Shown here: piece by piece, positions 51,232 to 61,677 of the stretch | How the letters are laid out: every line of letters begins with the position of its first letter | How positions within the stretch are numbered: the first letter of the stretch is position 1 | The notes under the pieces: generated by a model | What the model saw: the letters and a program-made list of their open reading frames with translations, nothing else | Told to the model about the DNA's origin: nothing | The model's database searches: none | Assembly (NCBI GenBank): GCA_051252135.1 | Contig: JBPOGH010000001.1 | Span: 480,001 to 544,000, forward strand | Source of the DNA: Verrucomicrobiaceae bacterium | Lineage (GTDB): Bacteria; Verrucomicrobiota; Verrucomicrobiia; Verrucomicrobiales; Akkermansiaceae | Reading direction: 5' to 3' | DNA: 64,000 nt | Position numbers and translations under genes: made by a program

Positions 51232-51699
51232 GTGAGCGATTTCGAAAACCGAGCCAAAGAGGCCCTTTCCAAACCCCAAAACGTTGGAGAAATGACCGAC
51301 GCCGATTCCGTCGGCACCGTCGGCTCTCCCGATTGCGGAGACATGCTTCGGATGTGGCTCAAATTCACCGAAAAAGACGGCAAAAAGGTCATCGACCGCG
51401 CCTCCTTCCAGGCCTTCGGCTGCCAAACCGCCATCGCCGTCGCCTCCATGGCCACCGAGCTCCTCAAAGGAAAAACCCCCGAGGAAGCCCGAAACCTCAA
51501 ACCCAATGAACTCTCCGGCGACCTCGGCCCACTGCCACCCATGAAAATCCACTGCGGCCAGCTCGTCGAACAAGCCCTCAAGAGCGCCCTCGACGGCGGA
51601 GCTCCCGTCGAGACCAAAGCCACCGCCTCCTTGGCCGGCCAACTTCAACCCCAGGCCGGAAAAATTAAGATCGTCCCGCTCAATGAGGACGAAAATTAG
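51232..51699 (+). CDS. iscU: IscU/NifU-like Fe-S scaffold
   Basis: PDCGD, FGC..AIA.AS, KIHC. Confidence 0.85.
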   Translation: MSDFENRAKEALSKPQNVGEMTDADSVGTVGSPDCGDMLRMWLKFTEKDGKKVIDRASFQAFGCQTAIAVASMATELLKGKTPEEARNLKPNELSGDLGPLPPMKIHCGQLVEQALKSALDGGAPVETKATASLAGQLQPQAGKIKIVPLNEDEN

Positions 51700-52609
51700 C
51701 CTCTTTCTCCTTCTTTGCCAGTGGGCCGGCGCACAGACCTGGCCCACCACCTTCACGCCCGGCCCCTCACATTCACAAATCCGGATTCTCGAGGAAAAAG
51801 ACAGCCTCCACCACTACCGCACCCGCTCCTATCGAATCGAAAGCGCCACCCCTCTCAGCGGAAACCCCTTAAAAGACTTCGCCCGCAGCATCGAATCCGT
51901 CTCGGCCGTTATTGATCTCATTCCCCTGCCCCTCTCCTCCCCTCCGGAACAGGAACTTCCGCTCATCAAAATCTGCGCCGACGAATCCTCCTTCGTCTTC
52001 GCCGGAGGCCCCAAAGGCGCTGCCGGATTCTACGATGGCCGCAAACAAAGAATCCTCATCCTCAGGGAGCAATTCTTCCGGACATCAGGCTCGCGACTCG
52101 GGAGCACCCAAAACTTCAACCTCCTCGTCCACGAGCTCGCCCACCTGCGGATGCATCACCTCCTCTCCCGCACCCAACCCTATTTCTTCGAGGGCGTTGC
52201 CGAATACCTTGCAGCCGCACACGGAAAGGCCGGCAACTTTCGCTTCACCCAAATGGAACAATCCATCCGGGATCACCTGAAGGAACGCACCCAATCCACC
52301 TTCATCCCTCTCACCAAAATTTCCAAACTCATCCGCATGAGCCCCGCTGATTGGCACCGCTCCGCCCGCAATGAAGAACCCGCCAAAACCCTCGAACTCT
52401 ACACCTCATCCCTCCTCCTCACCCACTACTACTTCCACGGCGGCCCGGAACGTCAGCAAGAGATCAAAGACTACCTCATGGCCGCCGCAAAAATTTCGCG
52501 CCGCCGTGACCCCCTGCCCGTTCTCATTCACGATAAAGACGCCGCCCTCATCGAACAGCGCCTCAAATCCTTCTGGGCCCCACGCGGCCTCAAGCTCGAC
52601 TTCCGCTAA
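51683..52609 (+). CDS. Exported zincin-like protein (DUF1570/peptidase MA-like)
   Basis: Signal peptide, [18 protein letters not shown]. Confidence 0.7.
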   Translation: MRTKISLFLLLCQWAGAQTWPTTFTPGPSHSQIRILEEKDSLHHYRTRSYRIESATPLSGNPLKDFARSIESVSAVIDLIPLPLSSPPEQELPLIKICADESSFVFAGGPKGAAGFYDGRKQRILILREQFFRTSGSRLGSTQNFNLLVHELAHLRMHHLLSRTQPYFFEGVAEYLAAAHGKAGNFRFTQMEQSIRDHLKERTQSTFIPLTKISKLIRMSPADWHRSARNEEPAKTLELYTSSLLLTHYYFHGGPERQQEIKDYLMAAAKISRRRDPLPVLIHDKDAALIEQRLKSFWAPRGLKLDFR

Positions 52610-53481
52610 CCCGCAATCTGGCGCGCTGCTTTGATCGTATTCTTCATCAACATCGCGATCGTCATCGGCCCCACTCCCCCGGGCACCGGAGTAATCGCCG
52701 CAGCTTTGTCGACCACCTCATCGTAAGCCACATCGCCACAAAGCCGGTAGCCGCTTTTGCGCGAATCATCCTTCACCCGGTTGATCCCCACATCGATCAC
52801 GACCGCCCCATCCTTGATATGCTCCGCCTTTAAAAACTCCGGAATTCCCACCGCAGCCACCACAATATCCGCTCGACGGCAAACCACTGCCAAATCCTTC
52901 GTCCGGGAGTGCGCCACCGTCACCGTGGCATCACTTCCCTTCGCCAATAAAAGAAGCGCCATCGGCTTCCCGACAATCATGCTCCGCCCGACAACCACCG
53001 CTTCCTTGCCGCTCGTCTCCACCCCCGCCGCCGCAAGCAAGCGCATGCACCCGGCTGGAGTGCATGGAACAAACCCCGACGAATCCTCCAGAGCGAGCTT
53101 CGCCACATTCTCAGGGTGAAACCCATCCACATCTTTCGCCGGATCAATCGCCCGCACAATTGCCTCCTCATCGATCTGGGGCGGAGGAGGAGACTGAACC
53201 AAAATCCCATGAATCGCGGCATCACCATTAAGTCGATTCACCACCGCAAGCACATCCTCCTGGGTCGCATCAATCGGAAGGACGATTTTCTCGGAATGCA
53301 ATCCCAACTCAGCGCACTTCTTCACCTTCGAGTTCACGTAAACCTTGGAGGCCGGATCCTCACCCACCAGCACCACCGCAAGCCCCGGCACAATGCCTCG
53401 GGATTTCAGGTTCGCAATTTCCTCGGCACACTCAGCCAGCACAGAGGCTGCCACTTCTTTTCCATCAATGATTGTCAGCAT
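52606..53481 (-). CDS. folD: Methylenetetrahydrofolate dehydrogenase/cyclohydrolase
   Basis: [33 protein letters not shown]. Confidence 0.97.
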   Translation of the reverse strand: MLTIIDGKEVAASVLAECAEEIANLKSRGIVPGLAVVLVGEDPASKVYVNSKVKKCAELGLHSEKIVLPIDATQEDVLAVVNRLNGDAAIHGILVQSPPPPQIDEEAIVRAIDPAKDVDGFHPENVAKLALEDSSGFVPCTPAGCMRLLAAAGVETSGKEAVVVGRSMIVGKPMALLLLAKGSDATVTVAHSRTKDLAVVCRRADIVVAAVGIPEFLKAEHIKDGAVVIDVGINRVKDDSRKSGYRLCGDVAYDEVVDKAAAITPVPGGVGPMTIAMLMKNTIKAARQIAG

Positions 53482-54151
53482 GATCGTCAGGGAGATCGTC
53501 TACTCCATCTCGTAGGATTGATTCAAGCTCAACCCGCGCCGCATCAAAGCCCGCTTGGTCGAGTTTTCGAGACACTTCATAGGGCGTCCCCAAAGTAATT
53601 CTTAACCGTGAAAACGGCTTCGGCACAATGAAACGATCCCAGGTTTCCAACCGCCAAAAGTCATCCACAATGACCGATATTGGCAAAATCTTCAGTCCGG
53701 TCGTCTGCGCCAATTTGATCACTCCCGGCTGCATCGAATAACACGGCCCCCTCGGACCATCCGGAGTAACAATCAGATCCTTGCCCTCCTTCGCGGCCCT
53801 TTTTAGCGCAATCAATGCCGCCGCTCCCCGCCGACTGCTCGATCCCCTCACCGCACCAACTCCAAAGACCCCGACCGCGGCCTCAATCGCCGCCCCATCC
53901 TTGCTCGCACTGGAAAGCACTACGGAATTCCGGCACCGCTTGCGGAATCTCGTCGTCCAGGGAACCAGAAGGGCACAAATCCGGTTATGCCAAAATGCGT
54001 GAATGAATTGCGTGTCCTCATATTCCGGGCGCCATCCGCTAATCTCAATCCGCATCGTCCGCCCAAGGACCCAGATCAATCCCCCCGCCACCCGACCACC
54101 CCAGATCGTTTTCCAGGTCCCGCGAATATCATTCGGATTGCTCATGATCAC
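53465..54151 (-). CDS. DUF374 lysophospholipid-acyltransferase-like protein
   Basis: [34 protein letters not shown]. Confidence 0.85.
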   Translation of the reverse strand: MIMSNPNDIRGTWKTIWGGRVAGGLIWVLGRTMRIEISGWRPEYEDTQFIHAFWHNRICALLVPWTTRFRKRCRNSVVLSSASKDGAAIEAAVGVFGVGAVRGSSSRRGAAALIALKRAAKEGKDLIVTPDGPRGPCYSMQPGVIKLAQTTGLKILPISVIVDDFWRLETWDRFIVPKPFSRLRITLGTPYEVSRKLDQAGFDAARVELESILRDGVDDLPDDHADNH

Positions 54152-55641
54152 ACCAGGAAACCCGCTCCAATCAACGTCTCAGCAAGATACTGCTGCTTTG
54201 AGAGTTGCTCCAAATAAAATTCGTGCCGTTCACCATCAGGGTCACAAAAACTCCCTTCATCAGCCACCACCGCATACGCCGCCATCTCACCAAAACTCAG
54301 ACTCTCGCCGGTTTGCTGGAAATAAGCCACCGCCGCATGAATCGCCGCACCCAACGCCGCACCCTCCTGATTCTTGATCGCGTAGCTGGGCACCCCGCAC
54401 ACATCCGCCACCAACTGACGCCAAAATTGACTCCCCACCCCCCGACCGGTCACGCAGACACTCTGGTAATTCATCTCCAGTTCCGCCATCCGGTGGAAGC
54501 CATAAGCCATCCCTACCGCGATTCCTTCCAATGTCGCCCGCGCCACATTGCCCTGCGTGAAATTGTTCATCGTCACACCGTGAAACATCCCCTCCCCGCC
54601 CTTATGCATCGTCCCGTAGCCCAATGGCAATGCCATCAGCCCTCCCGCACCCACCTTTGTCGCCGCGGCAGCCTCCTCCATTTGCTTTCCGTTCCAACCG
54701 TAATGCCCCTGAACCATTTCCAATGACGCCACCGCACGATCCTCCTCAAAATGACCCAGCCATTGGCTGGTAGCATCACACCAGGTCGACACCTCGTTCC
54801 GGGGATCAATCATGGGCTGGGACGACAGTCCCCACACCGCACCCGTTGCCCCCAAATCAACCACCGCCGATCCCCGATGCGAACTTCCACTTCCCAGTGC
54901 CGCCATCATCGCCCGGCCACTTCCCGTGCTCACCAAAATCTCCCGCTGAAACCCCCAGCTCTGCGCCACCTCGGGCCGCAAAGCCCCCATAACCGCTCCA
55001 TTCCCCCCCAAAGGCAGAAGCATTTCCCGAAGCCGGGGATCAATATAATCGCATATCGATGCATTCCACCTTCCGCTCTTCACCTCAAGAAGCCCGGAAC
55101 GCGAGGCGTCCCCCACCTCTCCCCGCTTCACCCCCGTGAGCCAGTAGTTCAAAAAATCATGCGGCTGCATCACCGTCTCTGTCTTCTGAAAAAGATAGGG
55201 CTCACGCTCCTTCAGCCAAAGAAGCCAGGTCGCCGGACAATCCACCTCCAGCGCATTCCCCGTTAGCTCACTCAGGCCCGGGGGCCCCCCAAATTCACGA
55301 TTCAGCAAATCCAGCTGCGTCCTGGCCGACGTATCACCCGCGATTTTTGCCGGGCGAATGATCTGGTTCTCATGGTCCAGAAGCACCAAACCCTTGGATT
55401 GCGCACCCACCGCCAGCGCCACCACATCATTTCTACGCGGCCCCAACTGCACCAGACAATCACGCACCGCTTGATCAAGCGCTTGAATCCAAACCGCAGG
55501 ATCCTGCTCCTGATGTCCCGCCGGAAGCCCCTCGACCAGCGAATGGGGCGCAGTCGACGACGCCGTAACCGAAGCCGATTCGAGATCGACGACTATGGCT
55601 CGTGTGGCATGGGCGCCTGACTCAATCCCGAGAAAATACAT
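54148..55641 (-). CDS. FGGY-family (xylulokinase-like) protein, probably catalytically degenerate
   Basis: FGGY fold motifs (EQDP..W, PHDFLNYWLTG, GDAS, EGAALGAA), but GIE replaces GID and GSGR replaces GGGD. Confidence 0.8.
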   Translation of the reverse strand: MYFLGIESGAHATRAIVVDLESASVTASSTAPHSLVEGLPAGHQEQDPAVWIQALDQAVRDCLVQLGPRRNDVVALAVGAQSKGLVLLDHENQIIRPAKIAGDTSARTQLDLLNREFGGPPGLSELTGNALEVDCPATWLLWLKEREPYLFQKTETVMQPHDFLNYWLTGVKRGEVGDASRSGLLEVKSGRWNASICDYIDPRLREMLLPLGGNGAVMGALRPEVAQSWGFQREILVSTGSGRAMMAALGSGSSHRGSAVVDLGATGAVWGLSSQPMIDPRNEVSTWCDATSQWLGHFEEDRAVASLEMVQGHYGWNGKQMEEAAAATKVGAGGLMALPLGYGTMHKGGEGMFHGVTMNNFTQGNVARATLEGIAVGMAYGFHRMAELEMNYQSVCVTGRGVGSQFWRQLVADVCGVPSYAIKNQEGAALGAAIHAAVAYFQQTGESLSFGEMAAYAVVADEGSFCDPDGERHEFYLEQLSKQQYLAETLIGAGFLV

Positions 55642-55775
55642 TGGGTAACTGTTCTTAGAATTCAAGCGGTCGAACACGACACTGACAAGCCGGATCGCTT
55701 AAACTTCCGTGCAATGTGTCGAAAAAGAACGCTGGAACTCGTCTCCTCCCGCTCTATCTTCCTCCTACAGACCAA

Positions 55776-56156
55776 ATGATAACCGTGACTCAAGAAGCAG
55801 CCCTCGAGCTGAAAGCCCTACTCATTGCCAAAGACGCCCCGGAAGCATCGGGATTGCGCCTCGGCGTGGAGCGCGGTGGTTGCGCCGGATTGGCCTACAC
55901 CATGCGCATCGGTGAGCCGGAACCCGGCGATGAGATCATTGAACTCGATGGCACCCGATTCATCGTTGCCGCCGATTCCCTCGAATTTCTTGAAGGATGC
56001 ACCGTAGACTTTACCGATGCCCTCTCCGACCGGGGATTCAAAATCTTCAACCCCAATGCCGCACGCGCCTGCGGCTGTGGCACCTCCTTTGAACCCACCG
56101 AAGAAGGTAAAAAACCCGCTTACGACCCCGCTCTTGACGGCACCAATTGCAAATAA
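55776..56156 (+). CDS. iscA: IscA/HesB Fe-S carrier
   Basis: GGCAG and NPNA...CGCG.SF. Confidence 0.9.
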   Translation: MITVTQEAALELKALLIAKDAPEASGLRLGVERGGCAGLAYTMRIGEPEPGDEIIELDGTRFIVAADSLEFLEGCTVDFTDALSDRGFKIFNPNAARACGCGTSFEPTEEGKKPAYDPALDGTNCK

Positions 56157-56159
56157 GGC

Positions 56160-56903
56160 ATGGCTAAGCAGGACATCGAGGATTTCGTAAAAAGCCGACC
56201 ACCCCTCTTCTGGTGGTTATTGGCCAACATCTTGGCTATCGCCTTTGCCATCACCGCTTGGGTCGTTTGCCTGAATCTGTTTCGCGATCCCACCCACCCC
56301 ACAAGCTATAAGCTCATGATGAAGGTGGGACGCATCCACCCACTCGAACAGTTTGACCCCACCACCGCACCCGCACCTCGCAAAAGCGCGGGAGCCCTGG
56401 AACTCGAAGAAGAGTATCGCCGCTTCGATGATGACGACCTCCGGCGCCTCAATCACGAGCTCAAAAGGGCTTACCTCGTCAACTACGTAAAATCCCGCAA
56501 GTTCCTCACCTACGTCCGTGGTGAATTCAGAATCATCTCATCACGCCCCCTCACTCCTGACGACTTCCTGCCCTCCGGAGTCGTTGTCAGGGCGCAGGCC
56601 ATGGTCAAACCGGACGATCTTGGCGAATCCCTTGCATATCCCGTCTTCATCGAGTGCCTCTTTCCCGCAATTGACTACCCTGCCGACCCATTCACCCCCG
56701 GTGATCTCCTCGTTCTGAAAAAAATCCCGGACTGCGCCGCTATTCTTAATGTGGGAAATCTTGAATTTGACGGCGATTCGGCACTCTACCTAACTCTCGT
56801 CCCCCTCTGCGCGGTGGACTACGTTCTCCCCTCGGGAGAAACCATCACGATCAGTCCTCCGGAAATGGCCAATGTCTCCGCTGCCTTGCCCGTAATGCGC
56901 TAG
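56160..56903 (+). CDS. Membrane-anchored hypothetical protein
   Basis: N-terminal TM helix; tightly spaced between iscA and the PBP gene. Confidence 0.7.
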   Translation: MAKQDIEDFVKSRPPLFWWLLANILAIAFAITAWVVCLNLFRDPTHPTSYKLMMKVGRIHPLEQFDPTTAPAPRKSAGALELEEEYRRFDDDDLRRLNHELKRAYLVNYVKSRKFLTYVRGEFRIISSRPLTPDDFLPSGVVVRAQAMVKPDDLGESLAYPVFIECLFPAIDYPADPFTPGDLLVLKKIPDCAAILNVGNLEFDGDSALYLTLVPLCAVDYVLPSGETITISPPEMANVSAALPVMR

Positions 56904-56914
56904 TCTGAGTGTCC

Positions 56915-58516
56915 ATGAGTTGGGATTCCACAGAACGCGAATACCGCAGAACCGTCTGGCTGCGCCGCGTGAGACGCGTTTGGGATTTTGCTTGGCGCAG
57001 CTTCCTCACCCTCCTCATCCCGGCGATCCTCATCGCCGGATGGTACGCCTACCAGGCCAGCCAATTCGACATTTCCCAAGTCGCTGAAATGCCCGCTCGA
57101 ACCGTTCTTCTGGATCGGGAAGGACGCGAGTGCGGCACCATCCACGGCACCAACCGGCGGCTCGTCGAGGGAGAACATCTCTCCAGCTTCCTCAAAAACG
57201 CCCTCTTCGCCCGCGAGGATTCACGCTTCCGCGAGCACAACGGCGTTGATCCCATCGGAGTGGCACGCGCCATCTTCCGAAACGTCAAAGACCTCGAATT
57301 CACCCAAGGTGCTTCAACTCTCTCCATGCAGTTGGCCCGTAACACCTACGACCTCCGCGAAAAACGATCACTCAGTAGAAAATTTCTGGAGGTCGCTCTG
57401 ACCTACCGAATCGAATCCCATTACACCAAAGACGAAATTCTAATTCACTACCTCAACCGGATTTACTTCGGGGCCGGGTGCCACGGGCTTGAAGAAGCCT
57501 CACTCACTTATTTCGGCGTCAGCGCCCACAAGCTCACCCAGGGCCAGGCCGCCCTCCTCGTCGGCATCATCCGTGCCCCCCACGCCTTTAGCCCCTTCCG
57601 CGACATGGAGGCCGCTCTTGCCCAACGCGATGAAGTCCTCGACCGCATGGCCATCCTCGGTCACATCGATCAGCTGCATGCCGATCGCATCAAGACAGAA
57701 CCCCTTCGCTTCCGGGATCCCGATGCCGGCTTCCCCTCCTCTGGTCACGCCGAGCGCGCTCTTCGCCGCCCCCTCGAAATCGTCCTCGATGACTCCCAAA
57801 TCAAGGACGGAGGCCTCACCGTATTCACCTCCATTGATCGGGAACTACAGGCCTCCCTCGAAGCCACCCTCACTTCCTTAACCCTCCCCGGTGATTGCCA
57901 ATGTGCGGGAATCGCACTCGATCCAAGAAACGGTGACATCCTCGCCATCGTCGGTTGCCGGGAAAAACAACCCAGCGGATTCAATCGCGCCCTCGACATG
58001 CACCGTGACCTGGGCGATCGCCTCATCGAGCCCCTCGTCGCCGCAGCCGCCCTTGAGCGGGGCCACCTCCCCGTTCCGGGAAGACCCGTTTCCACCGGCC
58101 GTCAATTGGGCGAAAAAGAAACCATCCGCCTTCTCAAACGTTTCGGCTTCGAGGGCGTCTTTGGAAAAGGAGACGACCTCTACCGGGGCACCATGACCGT
58201 TTCCCCCCTCGAGCTGGCCACCGCTTACGCCACCCTCTTGCAGGGCGGTCAGCGCCCCGCCCCCTGCTTTGTGAGATCGGTTAAAAAAGGAGACACCCAA
58301 CTCTTCAACCGACCTCCCGCCTTCTTCCCCGCTTTCTCCGGCAATGCCATCCCCGAAAGCCTCCCTTCAAAAATCTCGGGTTACTCACTCTCAAAATGCG
58401 ACTACTGGAGCGCCTCTCTCGCCCACAACCGCATCATCGTGACCTGGATCGGATACGATCGCCCCAAGCGACTTCAAATTACCGACGATATTTTGGCCAC
58501 CCTCCCCCTCCGTTAA
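56915..58516 (+). CDS. Class A PBP-like protein: intact GT51 transglycosylase, degenerate transpeptidase
   Basis: EDSRF..HNG, GASTLSMQLARN, RKFLE and YLNRIYFG present; no SxxK in the transpeptidase region. Confidence 0.85.
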   Translation: MSWDSTEREYRRTVWLRRVRRVWDFAWRSFLTLLIPAILIAGWYAYQASQFDISQVAEMPARTVLLDREGRECGTIHGTNRRLVEGEHLSSFLKNALFAREDSRFREHNGVDPIGVARAIFRNVKDLEFTQGASTLSMQLARNTYDLREKRSLSRKFLEVALTYRIESHYTKDEILIHYLNRIYFGAGCHGLEEASLTYFGVSAHKLTQGQAALLVGIIRAPHAFSPFRDMEAALAQRDEVLDRMAILGHIDQLHADRIKTEPLRFRDPDAGFPSSGHAERALRRPLEIVLDDSQIKDGGLTVFTSIDRELQASLEATLTSLTLPGDCQCAGIALDPRNGDILAIVGCREKQPSGFNRALDMHRDLGDRLIEPLVAAAALERGHLPVPGRPVSTGRQLGEKETIRLLKRFGFEGVFGKGDDLYRGTMTVSPLELATAYATLLQGGQRPAPCFVRSVKKGDTQLFNRPPAFFPAFSGNAIPESLPSKISGYSLSKCDYWSASLAHNRIIVTWIGYDRPKRLQITDDILATLPLR

Positions 58517-59757
58517 TCCTGCTTTTCGGAAATTGCCTCGCTGGTCAGGAGAATCAAATCAAGCGCATAGCGCGTCCGGGAATCCTCCACCACCGTCAAC
58601 AGGTTCCGGGCACCGGCCACCACCTGCTCCAATTCGCCCACATCACTCGCACCGGCATTCTGCCATTTTGCAAAACGTGCCAGAGTGACCGCCGTTTGAA
58701 AGGCCGCTGAAGTCGCCCTAACCGGAACAGGAGACCCCATCACCGGCAGATAGGAATTTTTCTCCTCTCCGTTCACACCCATCACCTCCAAATCAATCGC
58801 CCCCGTTCGCCCCTCGTTCCCCGTAAGCTCCACCTCATAAAGCAGCGCCGTAGCCTCACTGGAAGCCAGAGTTTGCATATCGGCAAGGTCGCCCCGCACA
58901 CTCTTCGAAACAACCAATCCCACAGATTCCACCTGCTCCCCTTCCATCAACAAACGGGCCTTCATCCTTGGGGAAATCCCATCATCCAGGAGATCCTGAA
59001 TCACCACAAAAATTAACGCACGCCCCGGATTCCACGGACACTCTCCCAATTCAACCGAAGCACCCACGCCATTCACCCGGACCATCGCCTCTGTCCCGTA
59101 ATTCCCCGCATTAACCCATTCCTCCACACGCGTCGAAGGGATCTCCCCCTTCCTCAAAGTCCGCTCAAAGGATGCCAAATCCGCATGCTTCACCGACAAT
59201 GGAATCTGGAGTGACACCAAATCCTGAACTTCTACCCGCTCATCGGACACCGGAGCCGGAACTCCCGACTCAGAAATCCCTCCCTCCTCCAAAACCACCT
59301 CATTCGTATCAGAAGAACCGGCCACGCTTGACTCCACACCCGCTACCTCCGTCTTACCGGATTCACCCCGCCCTTCTTCCTGGCCAATCACCGCCGGCGA
59401 GGATGAAACCGGAGTTTTTGCCAGCAGGTAAACTCCCAGAGTAATCACCGCTGCCACTCCCGCAATCGCCCCAAGCGTCTGAAACCGGACCCGCCTGCGA
59501 TTCTCCAGCAGGATCACTTCGGCATCAGGCTGCCTGCCCGCCTGAAAAATAGCCTCCCGTCGATCTGCCCCCAATCCTAACCCTCTTTCACCGCCCAGTG
59601 TCTCACGCAAAAGCGAAACCATCCCTTCAATCTCCTGCTCCGCTTCCGCAAGCGCCGCCTCATTGCTGATCGTCCTTCTTACGCACTCCGAATCCTCTTC
59701 GGAAAGCTCGCCGAGCACATAGGCAGTCAGACGGGGGTCATCTGGAGTTATCTTCAT
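58513..59757 (-). CDS. Putative anti-sigma factor (YfbK-like remnants, no VWA core)
   Basis: DDPRLTAYVLGEL N-terminus, one TM helix, RVEEWVN, CPWNP, ALLYEV; follows the ECF sigma gene. Confidence 0.7.
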   Translation of the reverse strand: MKITPDDPRLTAYVLGELSEEDSECVRRTISNEAALAEAEQEIEGMVSLLRETLGGERGLGLGADRREAIFQAGRQPDAEVILLENRRRVRFQTLGAIAGVAAVITLGVYLLAKTPVSSSPAVIGQEEGRGESGKTEVAGVESSVAGSSDTNEVVLEEGGISESGVPAPVSDERVEVQDLVSLQIPLSVKHADLASFERTLRKGEIPSTRVEEWVNAGNYGTEAMVRVNGVGASVELGECPWNPGRALIFVVIQDLLDDGISPRMKARLLMEGEQVESVGLVVSKSVRGDLADMQTLASSEATALLYEVELTGNEGRTGAIDLEVMGVNGEEKNSYLPVMGSPVPVRATSAAFQTAVTLARFAKWQNAGASDVGELEQVVAGARNLLTVVEDSRTRYALDLILLTSEAISEKQD

Positions 59758-59765
59758 CTCTCTGT

Positions 59766-60320
59766 TTAAACGGTTTGGGGTGAAATATCTTGGAGCAGAT
59801 CTTCAGGAAGATGCTCTCTGAGCTTCTTGAGTCCGGTATGAATTAGAAAACCAACATTCCCTTCCTTCAGCCCGGTCACCTCGCTGATCTCCCGGTAACT
59901 CAGACCTTGTTCGAACTTAAGCAGCACAACCTCCCTTTGATTCCCGGATAGCCGCTCAAGTGCCTCGCGGACCTCATTCACCCGTTCATCCAGATCCATC
60001 CGCTCCGATGGCGTCCGGCGCGACGCTGGGATTCGCGACAGTTTTTGCTCCTCCAGCGCCACCATTCGCTTCTCCTTGCGTAAAATATCCAATGCCCGAT
60101 TCCGGCAGACCGTAAAAAGCCAGGTCTTGAGACCATGCCGAACCTTTTCAGCATCCTGTTGGTAGAGCCGAATAAAGGTATCCTGCACCACATCACGGGC
60201 CCGCTCCACATCATGAAGAAAAGTCATCGCATACCCGATTAGCGGCATCTCATATTCTCTGAGTGCCGTTCTCACCAGTTCCTCGCGGGATGCGAATATT
60301 TCCTGATCCCCTTTCTCCAT
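59766..60320 (-). CDS. ECF sigma-70 factor
   Basis: ARDVVQDTF, WLFTVCRNRALD, QREVVLLKF..GLSYREI. Confidence 0.92.
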   Translation of the reverse strand: MEKGDQEIFASREELVRTALREYEMPLIGYAMTFLHDVERARDVVQDTFIRLYQQDAEKVRHGLKTWLFTVCRNRALDILRKEKRMVALEEQKLSRIPASRRTPSERMDLDERVNEVREALERLSGNQREVVLLKFEQGLSYREISEVTGLKEGNVGFLIHTGLKKLREHLPEDLLQDISPQTV

Positions 60321-60551
60321 ATTCCTTCTTCTAAGTTTAAAACGCCCAACCAACGACTTCTCTTAGGCCATTTTGAGCAAATCGCCCCTCAAAGTTGTTC
60401 ACATTTCGATTCTAGTCTCCCGAAATAAAAAAAGCGAACCCCTCCAGATCCCTATAACTTGGGGTACTTTTGAGAATTTCCGAAATTTAATTAACAAATA
60501 TTAAAAATAAAGTTGACCATCCTTTGAAGATTACCGTAAGGTCTCCCCGTC

Positions 60552-61442
60552 ATGAAGCCCCTCACCCTGACCTCCGCTCTCATCGCCGCTCTCGTGCTTG
60601 CCGCACCCGGCGAAACAAGCACTCAACTCCGTTCCCGGATCGCTCAGAAGGAAATCGAGCTTTCCAAAATCCAGAACGAGTTGGCTGATCTTAAAAACCA
60701 GTTGGCCTCTCCTTCGAGCGCCGCGGTCCAATACACTGTTCAGTCCGGCGATACCCTCAGCTCGATTGCCCGCCGCCACGGCATCACCTTTTCAAAATTG
60801 GTGGCTTGGAATAAAATCACCGACCCCTCCAAGATCATCATCGGTCAAAAATTGATCGTGAGCGATTCTCCCGTGGCTACTCCAGCCTCCAAACCGTCCC
60901 CATCAGCCTCCGGTGACACCTACACCGTAAAGCGCGGCGACACCTTCTACAGTATCGCCCAGGCCAACAAAATCTCCGTAGGCAAGCTCAAGGAACTCAA
61001 TCCTGACACTTCCCCTTCCCGTATTCTGGAAGGACAGAAGCTCGCAGTTGCCGGTTCCCCCCGCCCATCGACCAAAAAAGCCCCTGTTTCCACTCCGGTG
61101 GCCGCAACAAGGAGCAAAAAACAATCTTCGACAGCTGCACTCACCCGCAGAACAGCCTCCACGAAACCCGTGTCAACCCCATCGTCTTCACGTAAGGCGG
61201 TCGCAGCGGCACCACCGGTGAAAAAGGAGGCTTCGCCGGCCCCGGCTCCTCCCAAAGTGGAGGAGCCGATGCCGGAAGCTCCTTCGGCAGTTTCCTCAAT
61301 CATCCTGACTGACGAAACTACCTTTGCGGAATTCGCGCAAAAGCATGGCACCAGCACCGATAAGCTCAATTCGCTAAACGGCTGGAGTCTCCCTAAAGCC
61401 ACCGTCCTCGCACGTGGCTCGGAGATTTACGTTCCCAGGTAA
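60552..61442 (+). CDS. Exported LysM-domain protein
   Basis: Signal peptide, coiled coil, YTVQSGDTLSSIA, YTVKRGDTFYSIA, and a degenerate third LysM. Confidence 0.9.
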   Translation: MKPLTLTSALIAALVLAAPGETSTQLRSRIAQKEIELSKIQNELADLKNQLASPSSAAVQYTVQSGDTLSSIARRHGITFSKLVAWNKITDPSKIIIGQKLIVSDSPVATPASKPSPSASGDTYTVKRGDTFYSIAQANKISVGKLKELNPDTSPSRILEGQKLAVAGSPRPSTKKAPVSTPVAATRSKKQSSTAALTRRTASTKPVSTPSSSRKAVAAAPPVKKEASPAPAPPKVEEPMPEAPSAVSSIILTDETTFAEFAQKHGTSTDKLNSLNGWSLPKATVLARGSEIYVPR

Positions 61443-61468
61443 TTTCCTTTTCCAAGGCAAGGCAGGGC

Positions 61469-61511
61469 GACACCCGGTGGTTCCATAGTGGATCACCGGG
61501 TGTCACTTTTT
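61469..61511 (+). terminator. Intrinsic terminator
   Basis: GACACCCGGTG..CACCGGGTGTC followed by ACTTTTT. Confidence 0.75.
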
Positions 61512-61677
61512 AAGGGATCACGATAAATTACCCGCTGGGGCTCCATCAACGCGCCACCTCTGCACTCAATCCGTGACTTCCCCCATCAACTCGACATCAC
61601 GGGCCATAGCAACCAAGCCCGCTCGTGATCTTCAGGATAGCCCCGCCCCCCACAGACCGGTAAGATCCGACCTCCCG

